From positions 163 to 64,162 of the forward strand of contig JALGZD010000154.1 in assembly GCA_025782395.1 (NCBI GenBank): 64,000 bases of DNA, read 5' to 3'. The notes below the pieces were generated by a model. That model saw only the letters and a list, made by a program, of their open reading frames with translations, did no database searches and had not been told where the DNA came from. The DNA is from a bacterium (GTDB taxonomy: Bacteria; Joyebacterota; Joyebacteria; Joyebacterales; Joyebacteraceae). Positions within the stretch are counted from its first letter, which is position 1, and the number at the start of each line of letters is the position of its first letter. The translations under genes were made by a program, and so were the position numbers. Shown here piece by piece: positions 8,322 to 17,885 of the stretch.

Positions 8322-10230
8322 GTGGCCGGTATATGTGGAGTCGTGGACTTTGAGGGCAGGCTAGGCCTGAACGAGAAGCGAACGGCTCTTCGGGACATGT
8401 CGGCCGCAATCGTACATCGCGGCGCCACGGAGCGCCGCTTCTTCGTGGGTGCCGAGGCTGCCCTCGCTGTCCGTCTTCCGGCCGGCCCTGATTCCCCTCA
8501 TGCGGATTCGACCGAGACGGAAGCACCGGACACCGCCGTGGCCTGCGTTCTGGGAGGTGTCCTCTTCGAAGCACCCGAGATGGATGGCGTCGCTCCAGAT
8601 GGCCCGGGGATGACGTCCGCCGAGGGTCTGATCACCGAGATCTATCGAAACTCAGGCGATGGCTTCGCTGGTCTCCTGAATGGTGAATTCGCCGTGGCCC
8701 TGTGGGACGGTGAGAAGCGACGACTCATTCTCGCGAGAGACCGGATGGGAGTACAGCCGCTCTACTATGTGGTCTCCGGTGGCCTCTGTCTGTTCGCATC
8801 GGAGATCAAAGCTCTCCTGGCCGGCGGGCTCGTTAAGACCGAAGTAAATGTTCCGGCCATCAACGACCTCCTGTCGTTCGGCTACGTCCCGCATCCCGAG
8901 ACCATGTTCAAGGACATCCTGCAGGTAGATGCGGGCAGCCTGCTCGACGTCCGGTGCGAGAGCGCAAAGTCGAGGCACTACTGGCGTTTCGGTTTCGACG
9001 ACTCGGCGTTTCGGGCTCTCTGAGGGGGATCGCGTTTCCAGATTTCGCGGCCTGTTGACGGACGCCGTCAAGAAGTGCGCCGGCGGTCTCGAAGCGCCGG
9101 GAGCGTATCTGAGTGGGGGAGTCGACTCGGCCGGCGTCTGTGCGGTTCTGAGTTCGGTCCTCGGCATCAAGCCCAAGGCCTTCACTGTCGGCTTCGACGA
9201 CGAACGGTTCAGCGAGATACCGGCAGCCGAGGTGATCGCGCGCCGTCTCAACCTGGACTGGAGTTCCTCGATCCTGAAGGCGTCTGATTTTGTGCCCCTC
9301 ATGAGTCGCCTTGTGAACGTGTTCGATTCACCCTTTGAGGACTCGTCTGCTTTCCCCTGCTACCACGGAGCGGAGATTGCGGCGAGCCGCGTGGGTGTCG
9401 TGCTCACGGGCGACGGTCCGGACCAGCTCCTCGGGGGGAGCAACCGTCACGCCGCTCTTCTGCGGAGCGTCCAGGCGCCCGGGTGGCGAAGACGAGCGCT
9501 TCGCAGGAGTGGTTTCAAGCACCTGTGCAGGATGCTTCCGATTACGACCGCGAATGAGAGCGCGAGATCGAGGATTGTGCGGAAGCTGTACCGGGATTCA
9601 CTTGAGCCCGGCGAGGTCAGCTACGAGCCGCGGATCGCACCCATGATGGTACAGCGCTCACTCTACTCACCCGGGTTCCTCAAGCTCACCAGATCCATGC
9701 CCTCATCCCGCAATGTGCTGCCAGTGATGGAGCAAGCACGCGGGCGACATCCGCTTGAGCAGTACCTGCACTTCGACGTGCATTTCTATCTTCACGACTG
9801 TCTATTGCCTAAGGTGGAGCGGACGTGCTCCGCCCATTCCCTTGAGTGCAGGATGCCCTATCTTGAAAGGGACCTGGTTGATTTCGTCCGCGGTCTGCCG
9901 CTGGTCGATCGGATCCACGGTCCGCTTCAGAAAGCCATTCTCCGTCGCTCACTCGCCGGTTTTCTTCCGCACGAGACACTTGCACCAGGCAAGAGCGGCT
10001 TTGCGATCCCCCGAGATCGCTGGTTCGCCGGGGAATTGGGAGACACAATTACAGACGTCCTGACGGACAGGCGCTGCATCGAGCGAGGCTACTTCTCAAG
10101 AGATGGGTTGTCGGGGATCCTGAGCGGTTTCTTCTCGGGAGGCGTGAGATACTACTCGAGTTCGAGCGGAGTACTGATGGCGCTCCTGACGCTTGAGCTC
10201 TGGCACAGGGACTACATAGATCAGCCGTAG
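8322..10230 (+). pseudogene. Asparagine synthase (glutamine-hydrolysing, AsnB-like) interrupted by a +1 frameshift near 8990-9025
   Basis: The N-terminal GATase-II domain (…GICGVVDFEGRL…, RDRMGVQPLYY) reads in the frame ending at TGA 9021-9023. The synthetase domain (GAYLSGGVDSAGV PP-loop) continues in the +1 frame (ORF 8929-10230). The join is around ...YWRFGFDDSAF / GLSEGDRVSRFRGLLTDAV. This could be a true pseudogene or an assembly indel. Confidence 0.7.
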
Positions 10231-10277
10231 ATTGTGTGCCGGCACTTCCGAATTCACGGCATCGGAGGTCGCCGCGT

Positions 10278-11726
10278 CTACGTCTGCGGTATCCAGGGCC
10301 GGACCATGACGACCTTTTCCCGTGAGATCACCGCCAACCCGGGCTTGGCGCCTCGCGGTTTTCTTACGTGCCGCTTCTCCGTGTAGCTTACTGCCACCTT
10401 CGATGATCGCCCCGCCTTGCTGTGGAACGCAGCAATGGCCGCCGCCTCAAGGATGGCTCTGCGATCAGGGCGAGCCTTGCCGCTCGGGATTCTCAGGATG
10501 ACGTGCGAGCCTGCGGCCTGATGCGCGTGAAACCAGAGGTCGTTCTGGTTCGCTATCCGGTAGGTGAGAACATCGTTGTCCTTGTTTGACCGGCCCACAA
10601 GGATTTTCCAGCCACCACTGACCTCGTACGTGCGGAAGTGCGCGCGGGGTGGAGTCGTCTTCCCTCGCGGCTTCGCGGATCCTCCAGCTGAGAAACGCTT
10701 CCCAAGCGCCGCGAGCTGTTCAGCGGAGGCATCGGCGATCGAGGCGCCGAGATCCTCCAGCTTCTCAACCTCCGCTTCCAGCTCTCCGAGTCGTGCCGGG
10801 GCTCTTGCACTACGTCTCCCGGCCTTCTTCGCGCGCTTGAAGTAGTTCTCGGCGTTCTGCGTGGGTGGTAGAGACGGGTCGATTTCTACCTCGATGGTCG
10901 AGCTGCCGTCGAAGTCCTTGAGGTGAACGGTGCGGGCGCCCCGCGGGATGTCGCCCTTCCTGGCCAGGATCAGCTGTCCCTTCATACGGTACTCTTCTGC
11001 CTTGCGCGCGTCTGCTATCTCCCCTTCGACCTTCGCGATCGCGCGCCGCTTCCGCGCGAGGCGTCTGGAGACCAGGCGGGAGACGGCTGTACGTCTGTGG
11101 TCCATGCCGATAGCATCGAAGAATGCGCCAAAGGCGTACGCTGCGGCCTCGTTGACCGAGGCGAACGTCCTCGTGTCGCCGGCGTGGGCGTCATCGGTCC
11201 GCCGGTCGGATAGCCTGACATGCGTGCGTTTCGAGCTGTCGGACCAGGATGTAACATGGACGGGATCAGCGCTGTCCAACGCGGTCCCCTGTGGGGATGT
11301 GCCGGATCCCTCCGCCGCACTCAGGCGTCGTCGGCCGGTCGGACGTACGACAACGCCGGGTCTGGCGCCGAGTTCCACGACAAGCGTTCGCTCGGTCTCA
11401 AGACCGGTGGCGTGGGTGCGTACGAGAGAGAACTCGGCGGCGGTGCGATCCTGGGCCGCTGCTACGGATTGAATCGTTGCCCCCCGCAGCTCGCGCTCGA
11501 GGTCCGATGACCGGTCGCTCTTCGTTCCACTCGGAGAAGGGCACGCATCGGCAAGGAAAATAAGGGGGAGGGCCCGGGAGAACGAGATAACAAGGAAGCT
11601 CGGGTGCTCAGACGTGAGTTCCAGCACCAGAGCCTCATCCGTCGACAGGGAGACGCGACGGATGCGTTCGTCGGCCATCTGCGGGGAGATCTCATCAATC
11701 AGTCGAGACAACAGGGCTCGATTCAC
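10278..11726 (-). CDS. NFACT-family protein (RqcH/FbpA-like, ribosome quality control)
   Basis: NFACT-R/DUF814 signature GGWKILVGRSNKDNDVLTYRIANQNDLWFHAHQAAGSHVILR. Coiled-coil region with NAENYFKRAKKAGRR. Proposed start is GTG 11726, 5 nt after GGAGAG; the ORF-track start 11834 would read through the tandem repeat. Confidence 0.7.
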   Translation of the reverse strand: MNRALLSRLIDEISPQMADERIRRVSLSTDEALVLELTSEHPSFLVISFSRALPLIFLADACPSPSGTKSDRSSDLERELRGATIQSVAAAQDRTAAEFSLVRTHATGLETERTLVVELGARPGVVVRPTGRRRLSAAEGSGTSPQGTALDSADPVHVTSWSDSSKRTHVRLSDRRTDDAHAGDTRTFASVNEAAAYAFGAFFDAIGMDHRRTAVSRLVSRRLARKRRAIAKVEGEIADARKAEEYRMKGQLILARKGDIPRGARTVHLKDFDGSSTIEVEIDPSLPPTQNAENYFKRAKKAGRRSARAPARLGELEAEVEKLEDLGASIADASAEQLAALGKRFSAGGSAKPRGKTTPPRAHFRTYEVSGGWKILVGRSNKDNDVLTYRIANQNDLWFHAHQAAGSHVILRIPSGKARPDRRAILEAAAIAAFHSKAGRSSKVAVSYTEKRHVRKPRGAKPGLAVISREKVVMVRPWIPQT

Positions 11727-11756
11727 GGCTGCTCTCCACGGGGGATGCCGATCTAC

Positions 11757-11840
11757 CTCAGGTCTTCTGGTGGTTGCCACCCTGAGATTCAGCATCTCAG
11801 GTCTTCTGGTGGTTGCCACCCTGAGATTCAGCATCTCAGG
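11757..11840. repeat. Perfect 39-nt tandem duplication (2 full copies + 6 nt)
   Basis: ctcaggtcttctggtggttgccaccctgagattcagcat occurs at 11757-11795 and again at 11796-11834, then ctcagg. Each unit contains the hairpin GGTGG-TTG-CCACC. Confidence 0.95.
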
Positions 11841-11970
11841 CCTTTCAGGCCGGCAAGCCGCAGTATAGCCGCCGCGGAGCCGGTGTGCAACATCGTCGGA
11901 GGACGCGTTGACTCCTGGGCCGGCAGGCAGTATAGTATCAGTTCACACGAAACTCAGGAGGGGTGTGCCT

Positions 11971-12849
11971 GTGCTCAGAAGCATGACTGGCTATGGAGGC
12001 GCCGAGTCCGCTACCGGCGGGCGGCGCATCAGAATCGAGGTGCGCTCGGTCAACCAGCGTTTTCTTGACCTTCAGGTGAGAGCTCCGCGGCTTCTGCTCT
12101 GTGTGGAGGACAGAATCCGCCGACATGTCGAATCGGTCCTCGAGAGAGGCCGTGTGACCGTGTACATCGAATGGCATGATGAGGCGGCTGCAGGGGCGCC
12201 TTCCATAAACGCTACGGTTGCCGGCGAGCTTGTCAGGGAACTGCGCGAGATATCAAAGGAACTCGGACTTGTGGGCGACATCGATATCGCGACGCTGGCG
12301 CGCTTTCCCCAGATCTTCGACCAGCAGGAGGAGAATGCCGAAGCCAACGAACTGTGGGGCACCGTGAAGCCGGTGCTGGCCGAAGCTACGGATCAGCTCG
12401 TCTCGATGCGGGAAGCTGAAGGAGAGACGCTGCTTCGCGATCTTTCCAGCCGTGTGGACACGATCGAGGCGATCGTTCATCAGGTTGAGGCGGCGGCTCC
12501 ACGAGCATCTGAGGCCATGAAGGAACGAATGATGGAGCGGATACGATCATTCATGACCGGCGGCGTGGAGGTCGACGAGGGGCGTCTCGCACAGGAAGTG
12601 GCGTCGGCGGCGGAGAAGGCCGATTTCACTGAGGAGATAGTGCGGCTCCTGGCTCACGTGGAGCACGCTCGTCAGACATTCGCCGCAAGCGGGCCGGTCG
12701 GAAAGAGACTTAACTTCCTCGTTCAGGAAATGCACCGGGAGGCGAACACGATCGGCTCCAAGAACGCGGACGTTGACATGGCGTCGGTCGGGCTCTCGCT
12801 CAAGGAAGAGATCGAGAAGCTCAGGGAACAGGTGCAGAACGTCGAGTAG
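11971..12849 (+). CDS. yicC: YicC family stress-induced protein
   Basis: N-terminus (V)LRSMTGYGG... with GTG 11971, 9 nt after GGAGG. C-terminal DUF1732-like motif LVQEMHREANTIGSK. Confidence 0.8.
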   Translation: MLRSMTGYGGAESATGGRRIRIEVRSVNQRFLDLQVRAPRLLLCVEDRIRRHVESVLERGRVTVYIEWHDEAAAGAPSINATVAGELVRELREISKELGLVGDIDIATLARFPQIFDQQEENAEANELWGTVKPVLAEATDQLVSMREAEGETLLRDLSSRVDTIEAIVHQVEAAAPRASEAMKERMMERIRSFMTGGVEVDEGRLAQEVASAAEKADFTEEIVRLLAHVEHARQTFAASGPVGKRLNFLVQEMHREANTIGSKNADVDMASVGLSLKEEIEKLREQVQNVE

Positions 12850-12891
12850 TCTGTAGATGGCCGGTGTGTCGGCGGCACGGAGGCGCTTCAC

Positions 12892-13152
12892 ATGAGTGCG
12901 GTACTTCTCAACATCGGTTTCGGAAACGTCGTGGCTCGACGCCGCATCGTGGCCGTGGTTGCACCCGGTTCCGCTCCCGTGAAACGCCTGAAGGATCACG
13001 CTCGTGAGATCGGCAAGCTCGTAGACGCTACAGAGGGGCGTAGAACGCGTACCGTCATCGTGACCGACAGCGATCACATTATCCTGTCCGCCGTTGCTCC
13101 CGAGACCATCACACAGAGGATTGAGGGCGGGGACGACCGTCCGGACTCATAG
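12892..13152 (+). CDS. remA: RemA/DUF370 family regulator
   Basis: [64 protein letters not shown] matches the RemA family pattern. Conserved position between yicC and gmk. Confidence 0.8.
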   Translation: MSAVLLNIGFGNVVARRRIVAVVAPGSAPVKRLKDHAREIGKLVDATEGRRTRTVIVTDSDHIILSAVAPETITQRIEGGDDRPDS

Positions 13153-13191
13153 CGGGCCGTGTAGCGACGGCGCGCTCTTCGGGAGATAATC

Positions 13192-13806
13192 TTGCGGAAG
13201 GGTTTTCCGGTAGTCGTATCCGGCCCATCCGGAGTCGGCAAGTCCACAGTCTGTCGGATGCTTCTGGTCGACGACGGAGTCCTTTCCTACTCCGTCTCGG
13301 TCACGACTCGACCGCCACGCCGGGGTGAGACAGACGGCGTGCACTACGAGTTCGTGGGAGACGAGGAGTTCGATCGGCTGGTTGAGAGTGGAGTTCTGGC
13401 CGAGTGGGCGGTCGTGCACGGTTTCAGATACGGAACGCGGAAGAGCAGCATCAGAGATCTGACATCGGCCGGGCAAGACGTTGTCATGGACGTCGACGTG
13501 CAGGGAGGCATGTCGATCAGGGAGGCGTTCCCGGAGGCCCTGCTCATATTTGTTGTGCCTCCTTCGTCCAAGGAACTCGAACTGCGTCTTCGCGCGAGAG
13601 CGACGGACGCCACTGATGTCATCGAAACGCGTCTCGAGAACGCGAGGGAGGAACTCAAGTGGTCAGGCCGCTACGATCACGTGGTCGTCAACGATGATCT
13701 TGAGCGCGCCGCGGCGGAGGTCAGAGACATAATCGTCAGAGAGAGAGAAGGTCGTGCGCGGACGCCCGACCAAGAGAATCAGGCCAAGAAACCGGGACTG
13801 GAGTGA
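13192..13806 (+). CDS. gmk: Guanylate kinase
   Basis: P-loop SGPSGVGKST. Also SVTTRPPRRGETDGVHYEFV and AEWAVVHGFRYGT. TTG start 6 nt after GGGAG. Confidence 0.9.
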   Translation: MRKGFPVVVSGPSGVGKSTVCRMLLVDDGVLSYSVSVTTRPPRRGETDGVHYEFVGDEEFDRLVESGVLAEWAVVHGFRYGTRKSSIRDLTSAGQDVVMDVDVQGGMSIREAFPEALLIFVVPPSSKELELRLRARATDATDVIETRLENAREELKWSGRYDHVVVNDDLERAAAEVRDIIVREREGRARTPDQENQAKKPGLE

Positions 13807-13810
13807 ATTT

Positions 13811-14104
13811 ATGGATCCTCTGAGGAAGCGGGAGTTCCTGAAGCATGTGAGAAACGAGTACCTTGGCGCCGTGCTCGCCGCGAAAGTCGCACGCCGACTC
13901 CACGCCATCTCGGCGAGCGAAGGGGAAGATCCAACGGTCAAGGTAACCTCCCGGGCCATCTCCCTCATTACCGATGGGAAGGTGGAGTTCGAGGCTATTG
14001 AGTCGTCCGAGGATGCTGAAGCGCCGGAGACGAAAGTGGACAAAGCAGCGGAGTCGGACGAGAAGGTCGAGAAAGTAGAGAAGGCGAAGAAGGCGAAGAA
14101 GTAA
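13811..14104 (+). CDS. rpoZ: DNA-directed RNA polymerase subunit omega
   Basis: ATG 13811 lies 5 nt after the gmk stop. NEYLGAVLAAKVARRL resembles the RpoZ N-terminal helix. Acidic/Lys-rich tail. Canonical gmk-rpoZ-coaBC position. Confidence 0.7.
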   Translation: MDPLRKREFLKHVRNEYLGAVLAAKVARRLHAISASEGEDPTVKVTSRAISLITDGKVEFEAIESSEDAEAPETKVDKAAESDEKVEKVEKAKKAKK

Positions 14105-14124
14105 ATCACCCCGGAGTTCGAATC

Positions 14125-15384
14125 TTGATGTCCGGACCTCTCAGCGGCAAGACCATAGTCGTCGGCGTGACCGGCAGTATCGCGGCCTTCAAGGCACCGC
14201 AGATCGTGACGAGGCTGGTTGGACAGGGTGCGAACGTGGTTGTCATCATGACCGAGAACGCAACGCGGTTTGTGACGCCACTCACGTTTGAAACGCTGTC
14301 GGGCAACGCGGTCGTTGTAGACATGTTCCCCGACCGGAACACGGGCGTGACTTCCCTTGAGGATGCAGCGTCCAGACCCGAGCGTCTGCGACACGTTCAC
14401 TTGGCCGAAGCTACCGACCTGGCCATCGTCGCTCCGGCAACGGCGAACATCATCGGGAAGATGGCCAACGGTGTGGCGGATGACTTCCTCTCAACGGAGC
14501 TCCTCGCGATGACGTGTCCGACTATCATGGCGCCGGCAATGAATGTGCGCATGATGGAATCGGATGTGGTACGGGAGAACGTGGAGAAGCTCAAGGCGCG
14601 CGGAGTCATCTTCGCCGAGGCGGAGGTCGGCAGGCTCGCGAGCGGGGTTGTGGGGAAGGGCAGGCTTGCCGATCCGGAGAGCATCGCTGGAATCGCGCTC
14701 GAGCTTCTCCTTCCGAAGCAGGATCTGGTGGGCCGTCGGGTGGTTGTCTCTGCCGGGCCGACGCGGGAGCCCGTGGATCCGGTGCGATTCATCGGTAATC
14801 GATCAAGCGGGAAGATGGGATACGCACTGGCGGAGCGAGCGCTCAGGCGCGGGGGGGATGTCGTTCTCGTATCGGGACCGTCGTCTCTCGAGCCGCCTCA
14901 CGGTGTTGAGTACATCCGTGTGGAGACGGCTGTGGAGATGCTGGGCGCCGTGATGAAGAGCTTCGCGGAGGCGGATCTCCTCATCATGGCGGCGGCGCCG
15001 GCGGACTACCGTCCTGCCGAACCTTCGGATGTCAAGATCAAGAAGACGACCGACAGACTGACGCTCGAACTCGTGCGAACGGATGACATTCTCTCTGAAG
15101 CTGCCGGCGCGCGACGGGAGGGACAAGGCATTGTGGGCTTTGCGCTCGAGACGAATGCCGAGCTCGAGGAAGGCAGACGCAAGCTTGCCGAGAAGGACCT
15201 GGACATTATTGTTGTGAACAACCCGCTGGTAGATGACGCCGGCTTCGACACCGACACAAATGTGGCCGCCATCCTGACGCGGTCCGGCCGCGAACTAGAG
15301 CTCGCGAAGATGCCGAAGAAGGACCTTGCCGACGTGATTCTCACCGAGGCTATCAATGAACTGGGATGGGGTCAGCGCCGATGA
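14125..15384 (+). CDS. coaBC: Bifunctional phosphopantothenoylcysteine decarboxylase / phosphopantothenate-cysteine ligase
   Basis: Flavoprotein N-terminal domain GVTGSIAAFKAPQIV...PAMN. CoaB domain GPTREPVDPVRFIGNRSSGKMGYALAE. Confidence 0.9.
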   Translation: MMSGPLSGKTIVVGVTGSIAAFKAPQIVTRLVGQGANVVVIMTENATRFVTPLTFETLSGNAVVVDMFPDRNTGVTSLEDAASRPERLRHVHLAEATDLAIVAPATANIIGKMANGVADDFLSTELLAMTCPTIMAPAMNVRMMESDVVRENVEKLKARGVIFAEAEVGRLASGVVGKGRLADPESIAGIALELLLPKQDLVGRRVVVSAGPTREPVDPVRFIGNRSSGKMGYALAERALRRGGDVVLVSGPSSLEPPHGVEYIRVETAVEMLGAVMKSFAEADLLIMAAAPADYRPAEPSDVKIKKTTDRLTLELVRTDDILSEAAGARREGQGIVGFALETNAELEEGRRKLAEKDLDIIVVNNPLVDDAGFDTDTNVAAILTRSGRELELAKMPKKDLADVILTEAINELGWGQRR

Positions 15385-16385
15385 GCGGAGTGAGACATGA
15401 TGACCCGCGGGCGCTCCTGGCGAGCTATCTGACACAGCTCGCCGAAGCCGGTGAGAAGGATATATGCCTCTCGGCCGAGACGGTGGCTCTCGTCAGGGGA
15501 GCTGCTCCGTCTCAGGGCGGTGAGTCCGGAGCTGCGCAGACACTTGGGAAGCCGCACGCTTCGCAGGAGCAGAGCGTTTCGCGGGGGTCGGGCGTTCCAC
15601 GCGATCCGGTGGCGGAGAAACTGCGTGATTCGGGTGGTCCGGTGGCGGAGAAACCGCGGCGTCCGGCTGGGCCGGTGGGGGAGAAGCCGCGTGAGACGGA
15701 GTCGTCTCAGAGGCTGAGCGTGCGTGAGAAGGCAGCCTTGCTTCCCGAACTTGAGCCGATTGCAGTCAGACTCGCGCTCGGTCCCGGGACGGCAGCCCCG
15801 GACATGTTCGTCGAGGCGTCTCATCTTGAGAGCTGTATGTGTCTCGACGAGGTCGAGCGCATCTCACTCGCGTGTGAAAAGTGCGAGCTCGCCGGGACGC
15901 GGATCAACGTTGTCTTCGGCGCGGGCGATGAGAACGCAGATCTGATGTTCGTCGGCGAGGCGCCGGGGGCGAATGAGGACAGGGAGGGTATCCCGTTTAT
16001 CGGTCGAGCCGGCGCGCTTCTCGACAAGATCATCGAGGCGGCCGGGTTCCGCCGCGAGGATGTCTACATCAGCAACATCCTGAAGTGTCGCCCTCCCAAC
16101 AACAGGACACCTCTTTCAAGTGAGATCGATGCCTGTGTTCCGTTCCTGGCCAAGCAGATAGAGATCATTGCTCCGCGCATCATATGCACGCTCGGACTCC
16201 CGGCGACCCATACCCTGCTCGGCGTCAGGGGGTCTATGGGAAGCCTGCGGGGTAAGATCTACGCGCAGGACAATCTGAAAGTGATACCCACCTACCACCC
16301 GGCTGCTGCCCTGAGGGATCCGAAGTACAAGCGGCCGATGTGGGAGGATTTCCTTCGTATCAGAAAAGAGTACGACAAGCTCTAG
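15381..16385 (+). CDS. Family 4 uracil-DNA glycosylase with ~140-aa N-terminal extension
   Basis: ATGA overlap with the coaBC stop. Motif [21 protein letters not shown] and motif B YHPAAALR. Cys residues consistent with a 4Fe-4S cluster (CEKCEL..., LKCRPP). Confidence 0.8.
   Translation: MSGVRHDDPRALLASYLTQLAEAGEKDICLSAETVALVRGAAPSQGGESGAAQTLGKPHASQEQSVSRGSGVPRDPVAEKLRDSGGPVAEKPRRPAGPVGEKPRETESSQRLSVREKAALLPELEPIAVRLALGPGTAAPDMFVEASHLESCMCLDEVERISLACEKCELAGTRINVVFGAGDENADLMFVGEAPGANEDREGIPFIGRAGALLDKIIEAAGFRREDVYISNILKCRPPNNRTPLSSEIDACVPFLAKQIEIIAPRIICTLGLPATHTLLGVRGSMGSLRGKIYAQDNLKVIPTYHPAAALRDPKYKRPMWEDFLRIRKEYDKL
15606..15704 (+). repeat. 3 x 33-nt in-frame tandem repeat in the UDG N-terminal extension
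   Basis: Units start at 15606, 15639 and 15672 (ccggtggcggagaaa...). They encode [11 protein letters not shown] / [11 protein letters not shown] / [11 protein letters not shown]. Confidence 0.85.
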
Positions 16386-16428
16386 CAGCGGGTGCGGGGC
16401 ACCATCACCCGCACGCGGCGGAGGCGCT

Positions 16429-17820
16429 ATGGCCACATTGAGAGAGACAACCAAGCCCACCGGCCTCGTGAGAGCCGCAGACCGGATCCCGCCTCAGGCG
16501 CATGAAGCCGAAGTAGCCGTTCTCGGAGCCATGATGCTGGACGAGGAGGCCATCGGAGCGGGGGCGGAACTTCTGACGTCCGATTCGTTCTACACGGATG
16601 CGCACCGCACGATATTCGCCGCCATGATGGATCTCTTCTCGAGAAGCGAAGCTATTGATCTGGTGACACTTACGCAGGAGTTGAAGCGACGCAAGCAGCT
16701 CGACAGCGTCGGTGGCGCCGCCTACCTGTCGATGCTTCTCGGCAGCGTCGCGACGGCGGCGAATGTTCGCTACCACGCGAAGATCGTTCTCGAGAAGGCC
16801 GTCCTCAGACGCCTGATACGTGTCTCGACCGAGGTCGTTCAGGAAGCCTACGATGCCGGTGGCGACGCGGCCGAGATCCTCGATCGCGCCGAGAACATGA
16901 TCTTCGACATCGCTCAATCCCGTGTGCGCCGCGGCTTCATGCCGATGCGCGAGATCCTGAAGCACAGCTTCGAGGTCATTCAGGAGCTCTACGACAAGAA
17001 GGAACACGTGACGGGCGTGGGATCGGGATTCGATGATCTGGACAAACTGACATCGGGCTTCCAGAAATCAGATCTCGTTGTGATCGCAGGGCGCCCGTCG
17101 ATGGGGAAGACGGCGCTCGCGCTCAACATAACGGCGAACGCCGCCATCCATCACAAGATCCCTGTTGCGCTCTTCAGTCTGGAGATGGCCAAGGAGCAGC
17201 TCGTCCAGCGTATGCTCTGTAGCGAAGCGCGGGTAGACGCTCACAAGTTGAGGACGGGCTATCTCGCCGACCGTCACTGGTCGAGTTTGACCACCGCGGC
17301 CGGCCTGCTCTCAGAGGCTGAGATCTACATCGACGACAGCCCGGCCATGACGGTTCTCGAAATGCGTTCAAAGGCGCGTCGGCTCAAGGCCGAGTCGGAC
17401 GTGGGTCTCGTGATCATCGACTACATGCAGCTCATGCGGGGCACGGGACGCGTCGAAAACAGACAACAGGAGATCTCTGAGATCTCTCGTTCGCTCAAGG
17501 CTCTTGCCAAGGAGCTGACCGTGCCTGTCCTGGCGCTTTCTCAGCTTTCGCGAGCCGTAGAGCAGCGTGGAGGTGACAGACGCCCGATACTGTCCGACCT
17601 TCGCGAATCGGGCGCCATCGAGCAGGACGCGGACGTCGTCATGTTCGTCTACCGTGGCGAACAGTATGAGCGTACGCCGGAGAATCAGGGTATCGCTGAG
17701 ATCATCGTCGGCAAGCAGAGGAACGGCCCGACCGGGATCGTCAAGCTCGCGTTTATGTCGGAGTGCACCAGATTTGAGAACCTGACGATGAGGCCGGACG
17801 AGGCCTTCGACGAGCTCTAG
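16429..17820 (+). CDS. dnaB: Replicative DNA helicase DnaB
   Basis: N-terminus IPPQAHEAEVAVLGAMM. Walker A GRPSMGKTALALN. Also IDYMQLM and ISRSLKALAKELTVPVLALSQLSR. Confidence 0.92.
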   Translation: MATLRETTKPTGLVRAADRIPPQAHEAEVAVLGAMMLDEEAIGAGAELLTSDSFYTDAHRTIFAAMMDLFSRSEAIDLVTLTQELKRRKQLDSVGGAAYLSMLLGSVATAANVRYHAKIVLEKAVLRRLIRVSTEVVQEAYDAGGDAAEILDRAENMIFDIAQSRVRRGFMPMREILKHSFEVIQELYDKKEHVTGVGSGFDDLDKLTSGFQKSDLVVIAGRPSMGKTALALNITANAAIHHKIPVALFSLEMAKEQLVQRMLCSEARVDAHKLRTGYLADRHWSSLTTAAGLLSEAEIYIDDSPAMTVLEMRSKARRLKAESDVGLVIIDYMQLMRGTGRVENRQQEISEISRSLKALAKELTVPVLALSQLSRAVEQRGGDRRPILSDLRESGAIEQDADVVMFVYRGEQYERTPENQGIAEIIVGKQRNGPTGIVKLAFMSECTRFENLTMRPDEAFDEL

Positions 17821-17885
17821 CAGATCACTGCAGACGGACTGGTCGCGCGGCACGAGAGCGCCGGAATCCGGGACGTGGAGTCGCC

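Noticed and set aside
4652-10230. Lasso-peptide-like cluster idea (cysteine protease + methyltransferase + Asn-synthetase homologue).
   Set aside because: The protease is a secreted C1 enzyme with a signal peptide and sorting CTD on the opposite strand. The AsnB homologue retains the glutaminase Cys. No precursor peptide, RRE/PqqD or transglutaminase-like B gene is visible.
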